Source: Copranaerobaculum intestinale
Lineage (GTDB): Bacteria > Bacillota_I > Bacilli_A > Erysipelotrichales > Erysipelotrichaceae
Reading direction: 5' to 3'
Length of the DNA stretch: 32,000 bases
NCBI RefSeq assembly: GCF_009831105.1
Contig: NZ_WUUQ01000003.1
Location: forward strand, 120,001 to 152,000
Position 1 is the stretch's first letter; each line of letters starts with the position of its first letter. The notes beneath the pieces are model-generated. The model was not told where the DNA came from, did no database searches, and saw only the letters and a list, made by a program, of their open reading frames with translations. A program made the position numbers and the translations under genes. This document shows positions 24,826-31,435 of the stretch, piece after piece.

Positions 24826-24918
24826 AAATTCGGGTTTTAAGCTCGTTTGTAAGAAAGGGATACAGACAGCTTTTAACATATTGATCGTTTAATACGATCA
24901 GAAAAGGAGGATTTTTAG

Positions 24919-25719
24919 ATGGAGATTACGATGGAGATTACATTGATTCAAGGTATTCTGCTTGCGATCGTTGCATTCATCTGTGGAATCGACCAGTGCT
25001 GGGAAGCATTCTACTGGTTCCGTCCGATGGTTGTTGCGTTCTTTGCAGGTATCGCACTCGGCGACATGAAGCTTGGTATCCAGGCTGGTGCCATTGCCGA
25101 ACTGTCTTATCTGGGTCTGCTGACTGTTGGTGGTACCGTTCCACCTGATCCACTGATGGCTGGTATGATGACAGTTGTTATCGCATACACAACTGGCAAA
25201 GGTGTGGAGACTGCATTAGGTCTTTCCCTGCCATTCGCACTGTTAGCTCAGTGGTTAGGTATTTTCTTCAATACCGTATACGCTGGTTTCATGCGTCCGT
25301 TGGAAGCTGCTGCAAAAGCTGCTGACACAAAGAAATTCAGAAACATCGTTTATCTGTCAGTTGCTATTAAAGCAGGTGCAGTTGCACTGCTGACTTTCTT
25401 AGCAGCTTATGGTTTACAGAAACCAATTCAGGAATTCGTAAATGCATTCCCGAAAGAATTAATTCACGGCTTTGAAATTGCCGGTAACCTGTTACCTGCA
25501 GTTGGTTTAGGCCTGTTATTGATGATCATGCTGAAAAAGGAGAATGCTCCTTACCTGTTCATCGGTTTCTTAATTGCTACATTTACTTCTGTTGGCAACG
25601 TTCTGCCAATCGCTATTGCGGCAATCGCTATTGCATACATCGATTATATGTATGATCAGAAAATGGCAAAAGCGGCTAGCGTAAGTATGGAAGGAGGAGC
25701 TGACGATGACGGTATCTAG
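24919..25719 (+). CDS. PTS mannose-family EIIC component
   Basis: 266-aa polytopic protein with a typical Man-IIC N-terminus (IQGILLAIVAFICGID). GGAGG lies 8 nt upstream. Confidence 0.85.
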   Translation: MEITMEITLIQGILLAIVAFICGIDQCWEAFYWFRPMVVAFFAGIALGDMKLGIQAGAIAELSYLGLLTVGGTVPPDPLMAGMMTVVIAYTTGKGVETALGLSLPFALLAQWLGIFFNTVYAGFMRPLEAAAKAADTKKFRNIVYLSVAIKAGAVALLTFLAAYGLQKPIQEFVNAFPKELIHGFEIAGNLLPAVGLGLLLMIMLKKENAPYLFIGFLIATFTSVGNVLPIAIAAIAIAYIDYMYDQKMAKAASVSMEGGADDDGI

Positions 25720-26497
25720 AAATAAACTGACAAAACAAGATATTAACAAGATGAGTTTATACTCTGTTATTGAACAGTCATGCTTTAGTTTTGAACGTAT
25801 GCAGGCTGCAGGTTTCACACTTTCTATGGTTCCTACATTCAAAAAAATCTACGGTGATCAGAAAGAAGAAATCGCTGCTGCTATGATGAATAACATGGAC
25901 TTCATCAACACTGAACCGCATATGGCTACTTTCTTGATGGGATTGATCGTATCTCTGGAAGAAGCTGGTGAAGACCGCGAAATGATCAAGGGTATTAAAA
26001 CTGGTCTGTTCGGACCTTTAGCTGGACTTGGAGATGCAATCTTCTGGTTCACACTGCTGCCGATTTCTGCAGCGATCTGCTGTTCCATTGCCAAAGATGG
26101 TTCCGTTCTTGGACCTCTGCTTTATATTGGCATTTGGTTTGTTGCGGCAATTTCTCGTATCTGGTTTGGACGTCTGGGCTACACATTAGGTGTTAACGCA
26201 GTATCTACTATTTCTGAGAATGCGAACGCTATCACCAAAGCAGCTGGTATTCTGGGTGTAATGGTTGTAGGTGGATTGATTCCTTCTTACGTATCACTTG
26301 AATTTGCCAAAAAGCTGACAGTTGCCGGCGGAGTTAACGTTCAGGGAGTATTTGATGGAATTCTGCCTAACGTTCTGCCTTTAGGATTTGTGTTCCTGCT
26401 GTATTGGCTGTTCAAGAAAAAGAACGCTAACGTTATCGTTATCATTCTGGGAATTATTGTATTCTCAATCGGTATGTCCTACCTCGGCTGGATGTAA
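25706..26497 (+). CDS. PTS mannose-family EIID component
   Basis: FERMQAAGF, NTEPHMATF and GPLAGLGDAIFW are typical of Man-family IID. It overlaps IIC by 14 nt. Confidence 0.9.
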   Translation: MTVSRNKLTKQDINKMSLYSVIEQSCFSFERMQAAGFTLSMVPTFKKIYGDQKEEIAAAMMNNMDFINTEPHMATFLMGLIVSLEEAGEDREMIKGIKTGLFGPLAGLGDAIFWFTLLPISAAICCSIAKDGSVLGPLLYIGIWFVAAISRIWFGRLGYTLGVNAVSTISENANAITKAAGILGVMVVGGLIPSYVSLEFAKKLTVAGGVNVQGVFDGILPNVLPLGFVFLLYWLFKKKNANVIVIILGIIVFSIGMSYLGWM

Positions 26498-26516
26498 GAT
26501 AAGAGTGATGTATATG

Positions 26517-26553
26517 AGCTCTTCATTGGTAAGCCAATGAAGAGCTTTCTTTT
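26517..26553 (+). terminator. Strong intrinsic terminator between PTS IID and the frlB-like gene
   Basis: AGCTCTTCATTGG / CCAATGAAGAGCT form a perfect 13-bp stem with a 4-nt loop, followed by TTTCTTTT. Confidence 0.7.
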
Positions 26554-26575
26554 ATGAAAGGGAAAGGGTGACAAG

Positions 26576-27574
26576 ATGATTAATTTTGATGAAAAAAGCA
26601 TGTTAGCGAATGGGGCATATATTTATGATCAAAGAGGTCATATGGAAGCGATTGCAGATCAGATCTGTAAAGAGGGCTTTGATAATATTTTCTTTACATC
26701 AAGCGGAGGATCTATCGCTATGATGAATCCTTTTGTGGATATCATCAATGAGATGAGTGATATTCCTGTATATTCCATTATTTCCGCTGATTTACTATTG
26801 ACCGGCCACAATCAGCTGCGTAAGAATTCGGTTGCATTTCTGGCATCCAAATCCGGTGATACAAAAGAAACTATGGAAGCTGCCCGGTATCTGAAAGAGC
26901 GTGGGGTACGCATGATTTCAGTAATCGGAAAAGAGCATTCACCGCTGGAAGAAATATCTGATCATAGTGTTATATATAAGGACGGTCGTCCTCAAGAGCT
27001 GATTATGTATCTCTTAATTGGAAGAATTTTATATAATAAGGGATTCTTTCCGGATTATCCGAAATTTGCGGATGAATTAAAAGAACTGCCGGCAGTCCTT
27101 GTTTCAGTACGCAAAGCGGCAGATGAGAAAGCGAAGAAATATGCGGAAACATACTATAAGGAACCATATAATATCTGGGTAGCATCGGGTAATTTATGGC
27201 CGGTCTGCTATGCTTATGCGATGTGTGTATTAGAAGAGAGTCAATGGATCCGCACAAAATCGGTCAGCTCACCAGAGTTCTTCCACGGAACACTGGAGTT
27301 GGTTGAAAAGGATGTTTGTGCTACCTTATTGATCACCGAAGGTAAAACCAGACCATTGGATCTTCGGGTGAAGGGCTTTTTGGAACAGTATACAGATAAA
27401 TTCACTTATTTTGACTGTGCTGAATATGCGTATCCGGGAATCAGTGATGAATTTCGCTGGATGCTTTCACCAGTGGTTATGAATGCAGTTTTGCAGCGCA
27501 TCAGTAAGAATATTGAAGTTGTAACCAATCATTCTCTGGATATTCGGCGTTATTATCGTACGGTTAACTACTAG
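26576..27574 (+). CDS. frlB: Fructosamine (fructoselysine-6-phosphate) deglycase-like SIS protein
   Basis: SIS motifs (FFTSSGGSIA, FLASKSGDTKET). The C-terminal ...HSLDIRRYYRTVNY resembles the tail of E. coli FrlB as I recall it (...HNPDERRYYGGLVEY). Confidence 0.6.
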   Translation: MINFDEKSMLANGAYIYDQRGHMEAIADQICKEGFDNIFFTSSGGSIAMMNPFVDIINEMSDIPVYSIISADLLLTGHNQLRKNSVAFLASKSGDTKETMEAARYLKERGVRMISVIGKEHSPLEEISDHSVIYKDGRPQELIMYLLIGRILYNKGFFPDYPKFADELKELPAVLVSVRKAADEKAKKYAETYYKEPYNIWVASGNLWPVCYAYAMCVLEESQWIRTKSVSSPEFFHGTLELVEKDVCATLLITEGKTRPLDLRVKGFLEQYTDKFTYFDCAEYAYPGISDEFRWMLSPVVMNAVLQRISKNIEVVTNHSLDIRRYYRTVNY

Positions 27575-27585
27575 GCGGAGACTCT

Positions 27586-28440
27586 ATGAAAATTCTTGGA
27601 TTAGGTGATAATGTAGTTGATCGCTATCTGAATCTCAAGGTGATGTTTCCGGGCGGCAATGCAGTCAATGTAGCTGCGCACAGTGCCAAATTGGGAGCTG
27701 AAGCTGGTTATCTGGGACGTATCGGTAATGATCAGGAGGGCCGAATGTTATTGAATGCTCTTCAAGATCTGCATATCGACCTTTCCCATTGTGAGCTTGT
27801 AGACGGCGGTACTACCAAGCGTTGTGATGTGAATGTATATGAGGGTGAACGATCTTTTGTCGGGGTTGATCTAGGAACCGCCTGGCCGGGAGCGCCGACT
27901 TTAAAGGATGATGATATCGCTTATATAAATTCTTTTGATCTTATTCACAGCAGCTGTAACGCGAAAATGCCGGAGCAAATGATGAAATTGAAAGACTGTC
28001 CTGGTCTTGTTTCGTTTGATTTCGGAGAAAAGGAAAAATACCGTACGGATGAATATATGGATATGGTCTGCCCATATACGAATCTGGCGCTGTGCTCCTG
28101 TGACGGCATGTCTTTGGAAGCGCGCAAAGCGCTGGCAAAAAGAATGCTTGAAAAAGGAATTGATGTTGTGCTGCTTACCAGCGGCAATGTCGGACCGCTT
28201 GCATATAATGGCACGGTCTATGTTGAAGGCAAGGTTGAATATGTAAAGCCAATTGATACAATGGGTGCAGGTGATTCTTTTCTAGCAGCCTTCATCGTAT
28301 CGCTGCTGAAACAGGGTTGGAAGAAATCTCATATACCAAGCGAGTCAATGCTTCAGAAAGCCTTGCATCAAGGCGCACACTACGCCGCACAGAACTGTCT
28401 GATTGAAGGCGGCTTTGGATATAAGAAATTATATATTTAG
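27586..28440 (+). CDS. frlD: PfkB-family kinase, fructoselysine 6-kinase-like
   Basis: LGDNVVDRY...FPGGNAVNVA and IDTMGAGDSFLAAF closely parallel E. coli FrlD segments as I recall them. The last ~40 codons lie in repeat copy A, and the final three codons plus the stop (LYI*) are AT-rich insert-derived sequence. Confidence 0.7.
   Translation: MKILGLGDNVVDRYLNLKVMFPGGNAVNVAAHSAKLGAEAGYLGRIGNDQEGRMLLNALQDLHIDLSHCELVDGGTTKRCDVNVYEGERSFVGVDLGTAWPGAPTLKDDDIAYINSFDLIHSSCNAKMPEQMMKLKDCPGLVSFDFGEKEKYRTDEYMDMVCPYTNLALCSCDGMSLEARKALAKRMLEKGIDVVLLTSGNVGPLAYNGTVYVEGKVEYVKPIDTMGAGDSFLAAFIVSLLKQGWKKSHIPSESMLQKALHQGAHYAAQNCLIEGGFGYKKLYI
28309..28429 (+). repeat. Direct repeat copy A (3' end of the intact frlD-like gene)
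   Basis: Aligns without gaps to 31226-31346 at a constant offset of 2917 nt, with 7 mismatches by hand count. Confidence 0.9.
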
Positions 28441-28456
28441 CAAAGGAATCCCCTTC

Positions 28457-28485
28457 TTGACAATATTTTCCAATTTAACTATAAT
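28457..28485 (+). promoter_or_regulatory. Consensus sigma-A promoter at the left end of the islet
   Basis: TTGACA (28457-28462), exactly 17 nt, TATAAT (28480-28485). Confidence 0.75.
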
Positions 28486-28531
28486 GAAGTTATAAGGGAA
28501 TAACGGAATTATTACTAGGGGGGTGATTCCA

Positions 28532-28561
28532 ATGGTTACATTTATTTTCAATAGAACATAA
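28532..28561 (+). CDS. Candidate 9-codon leader peptide (MVTFIFNRT)
   Basis: AGGGGGGTGA ends 5 nt upstream of the ATG. The TAA stop (28559-28561) lies inside the 5' arm of the following terminator. Confidence 0.35.
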   Translation: MVTFIFNRT

Positions 28562-28596
28562 AAGAATAGTTATCTATCTTTATGTTCTATTTTTTT
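28551..28596 (+). terminator. Intrinsic terminator / attenuator in the islet leader
   Basis: ATAGAACATAAA (28551-28562) pairs perfectly with TTTATGTTCTAT (28579-28590), followed by T6. Confidence 0.7.
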
Positions 28597-28623
28597 ATTT
28601 ATTGACCATAAGGAGGATAAAAT

Positions 28624-29052
28624 ATGTTAATTAATAAATTGATATTGGCTACGTCAGTTTTATTTCTTTCATCTTCACCTGTAAGCTTATATACTAGTGA
28701 TGAGTGGGAAATTATGCCACGAGCAGCTGTTGGAAGTCAAAAGGCATATAGTGGAACTGCTAAAATGAAAACAATAGGTAATACTTTGCAAACAGTTAAC
28801 TATAATGTAACCGTATATATGTCGTGGGATGATTCAACAGGTCGTGTTTTAGGTGCTGATTTTGGAGGACATAAATGTACTGTACCTGCATCCGGGGTTA
28901 AATTTACATGTACACTAGAAACCGTTTCTATTACAAAAGCAACATATTATGCCAAATATACATATAAAGCTGTTTATACACTTAATGGGGTAAAAAGAGA
29001 TTATGGAAGTCCTAATTTCACTATCACAAGATACAGTCCAGGTCAAAGTTAA
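28624..29052 (+). CDS. Secreted hypothetical protein (142 aa, signal peptide, beta-rich, two Cys)
   Basis: AAGGAGG RBS. The N-terminal MLINKLILATSVLFLSSSPVSL is signal-peptide-like. I recognise no family. Confidence 0.7.
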   Translation: MLINKLILATSVLFLSSSPVSLYTSDEWEIMPRAAVGSQKAYSGTAKMKTIGNTLQTVNYNVTVYMSWDDSTGRVLGADFGGHKCTVPASGVKFTCTLETVSITKATYYAKYTYKAVYTLNGVKRDYGSPNFTITRYSPGQS

Positions 29053-29058
29053 TCTAGA

Positions 29059-30831
29059 ATGAAAAAAAAGTACCTAGTTATTCCTTTATTTTCATTCATA
29101 TTAATGATTTTAATATATAATCTTACTTCATTCATGAATTTTAATTTTTATTATACATTTTCTGATGTATTGCATATTGAAACATATCAATCAATGAACA
29201 CAATTGATGTTATTAATAGTAATGAAATGGAATTCGATAAATTCATTGTATCTTTGATTGAGTATGCAAACAAAAATAATATAACTTATGTTCATGATAA
29301 TAATAGTAGTAAAAATGGAACAGAAATTATTAATCATTATATTTATTCAAATAATCAAAAAGTACAAAAATTATTGGATATCAAATCAAAAGATTTCAAA
29401 TATAATTTCAGCTTTAGTACAAAACCAAGTAAAGTTACAGATCGTTTATTAGAATTTGGAAAGCCCTATATTGATGGAAACATTAATTTAATTATTGGCA
29501 TTAAAAATTTTGCTTATTTAAAAAACTCTAATTTTTCAAACTTCCGTTTGACAGTTCTTTGTGCAACGCAGAAAAAATTTAATAGTTTCTCAAAATGGCT
29601 TGAAAATAGTAAAGGTTTAGAAACTAGAAAAGTCGAAGTTCATTCTGAATGGCTTCAGGAGTTAAAAAGTAAGAAAAATTTAATGATTAATCTAATTTTA
29701 CTTTTAATAATTTTATTGTTTGTTTTTGATATTAAATTAATATTAAAGGAGGTAGATAAAAAGAATATTTTAAAAGAAAATATTATAATACTTTCTTTAT
29801 CGTTTAGTATCTTTGTATTTTTATTCATAGGATTATCAAGTATACATAATAATATCTTTTTAAAACAATACATGTATTATATATTACCCAGAGTATTTAT
29901 GATTTATTTTACTTATTTGATAGTATCCTTCATAATATTTAGTTTTTTTGAAAAAAACACATCTAATAAGCTTAATTTGTATATTTACACAAAGCTTATT
30001 TATTCTATTATTTTAATGGTTTCTTTGAATAAAGTATATTATCTAACTGAATACTATTTGAAACAAGGTTATAATATCTATGTTAATCAAGAAGAAATAA
30101 ATTCTAAATATTTGATTAAAAATCTTGATCAGATAAACAAAGAATTATTTGAGGATTTTTTACCAGAAATAATATATTATGATTTTCTAAAATTAAATCT
30201 AAATGGAGTTGAGTATTCTTTTATAATAGTGAATAATGAATATATAAGTAAACACTTAAATTTTACACTCAATTTAACTGATTATGATTATATTATACCA
30301 AAAATCTTCAAATCAAGTTTAAAAAAAGAATTTTCCAATTACAAAGTTTTGTGGACAAAACAAGATTATAAATTTTTGAATTATAATATATATGATGTTA
30401 ATCAAGGCTTTGACAATGTAATAATTAGCAATATTGAACATAATAAGCAATTTGATTATGTTGATAGTGGGTGTATATTTATTCCTGAGCATAAAATACA
30501 AAGAATTAAAAATGTGTTACATGATCATAATATAGAGACTTATAATCTTATTAAGTATAAAGGAAAATCAAATTATGAATTAAGTATAGGAAAAGTGAAT
30601 ATTTTAATTAGTATTTATCTATTTGGCATGTTATTTTTGATCACGAATTCGTTGTGTCGAAATTTTATAGTTGAAATTAAAAGAAGCTATTTTTCCTATA
30701 TAGGTATGGAAATAATGTTTTTTGGATTTTTTTCATATATACTTAATATTCATTTGATACTATCATCAGCGTATTTTTTGGTTAATTGTACGTTCTTAAC
30801 CGTTGAGAAAATAAGAAAGAAGGATCTTTAA
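29059..30831 (+). CDS. Polytopic membrane protein, likely of the bacteriocin-associated integral membrane (DUF1430 / FtsX-like) family
   Basis: 590 aa with extremely AT-rich codons. Hydrophobic spans are arranged 1 + 4 + 2-3, separated by two Asn/Lys/Tyr-rich hydrophilic domains of about 180 aa. This architecture is typical of the membrane protein in lactococcin-972-type loci. There is no clear SD; the gene starts 6 nt after the upstream stop. Confidence 0.55.
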   Translation: MKKKYLVIPLFSFILMILIYNLTSFMNFNFYYTFSDVLHIETYQSMNTIDVINSNEMEFDKFIVSLIEYANKNNITYVHDNNSSKNGTEIINHYIYSNNQKVQKLLDIKSKDFKYNFSFSTKPSKVTDRLLEFGKPYIDGNINLIIGIKNFAYLKNSNFSNFRLTVLCATQKKFNSFSKWLENSKGLETRKVEVHSEWLQELKSKKNLMINLILLLIILLFVFDIKLILKEVDKKNILKENIIILSLSFSIFVFLFIGLSSIHNNIFLKQYMYYILPRVFMIYFTYLIVSFIIFSFFEKNTSNKLNLYIYTKLIYSIILMVSLNKVYYLTEYYLKQGYNIYVNQEEINSKYLIKNLDQINKELFEDFLPEIIYYDFLKLNLNGVEYSFIIVNNEYISKHLNFTLNLTDYDYIIPKIFKSSLKKEFSNYKVLWTKQDYKFLNYNIYDVNQGFDNVIISNIEHNKQFDYVDSGCIFIPEHKIQRIKNVLHDHNIETYNLIKYKGKSNYELSIGKVNILISIYLFGMLFLITNSLCRNFIVEIKRSYFSYIGMEIMFFGFFSYILNIHLILSSAYFLVNCTFLTVEKIRKKDL

Positions 30832-31160
30832 TGTTAAAAAAAAGTTTAAGTATTTTTACTATAATGTTAGTAGCTACTATAACGACTTGTTTTGCGTATC
30901 AACAATCAGCTGATGTGAAATGTGGAAATACAATGCCTAATAATTATGGTGTTGCATCAGCATATCATCCTGTTAGAACAACAGCAGCCACGCGAGTTAC
31001 ATCTGGAAATTTAGCTAAAGAAGGTCATAAATATTGTGCGAGAGTAGAAGATGCAAACTCTGCTGCTGTGCAGTGTACAACTAGAAGAAATACCTCTGCT
31101 GTTGCACAAAAGCCTTTAAGCCTCACAATCCCACATACGCATTCTTGGACATATGAGTAG
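30831..31160 (+). CDS. Secreted small protein, possible lactococcin-972-family bacteriocin precursor
   Basis: Signal peptide MLKKSLSIFTIMLVATITTCFA. NNYGVASAYHPVRTTAATRV resembles the HGYGVSSAYSNYHHGSKTHSATVV core of lactococcin 972 as I recall it. The start overlaps the upstream stop (TAATG), and AAGAAGGA lies upstream. Confidence 0.45.
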   Translation: MLKKSLSIFTIMLVATITTCFAYQQSADVKCGNTMPNNYGVASAYHPVRTTAATRVTSGNLAKEGHKYCARVEDANSAAVQCTTRRNTSAVAQKPLSLTIPHTHSWTYE

Positions 31161-31225
31161 ATTATAAATTAATAGCAATGTCGCAAAATATATCAATTAT
31201 GATGTATATAAATTTTGTTTTATTA

Positions 31226-31354
31226 AAACAGAGTTGGAGGAAATCTCATATACCAAGCGAGTCAATGCTTCGGGAAGCCTTGCGTCAAGGCGCACACTAC
31301 GCAGCACAGAACTGTCTGATTGAAGGCGGCTTTGGATACAAGAAATCGTTTTAA
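31226..31354 (+). pseudogene. Orphan 3' fragment of the frlD-like kinase gene (direct repeat copy B, original gene tail)
   Basis: In-frame translation ...WRKSHIPSESMLREALRQGAHYAAQNCLIEGGFGYKKSF* parallels the C-terminus of the intact gene. It has no start codon or N-terminal part. Confidence 0.85.
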
Positions 31355-31356
31355 AA

Positions 31357-31379
31357 TCGGCTTCTAAAGCCGATTTTTT
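31357..31379 (+). terminator. Rho-independent terminator (native frlD terminator)
   Basis: TCGGCTT / AAGCCGA stem with a short loop, followed by T6. Confidence 0.75.
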
Positions 31380-31435
31380 ATCTTTCATGACGTATATGGA
31401 AATGATATAATACATTATAAAGGAGTCGATCTTAC

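Larger units (their letters stand above)
28430..31225 (+). mobile_element. AT-rich genomic islet (bacteriocin-like cassette) inserted into the frlD 3' end; no recombinase gene
   Basis: Bounded by the 121-bp direct repeat. Composition drops sharply: 7 G+C in 29101-29160 versus 26 G+C in 27601-27660 (hand counts). It carries its own promoter. Confidence 0.7.

Noticed and set aside
29059-30848. A8 homopolymer tracts at the 5' ends of the 590-aa and 109-aa genes, as possible slipped-strand phase-variation switches
   Set aside because: They simply encode the Lys-rich n-regions (MKKK, MLKKS) usual for signal peptides in AT-rich DNA. There is no evidence of length heterogeneity in a single sequence.
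31197-31415. 72-aa minus-strand ORF
   Set aside because: It spans the orphan frlD tail, its terminator and the GntR promoter region. The plus-strand homology to the kinase C-terminus explains the open frame.
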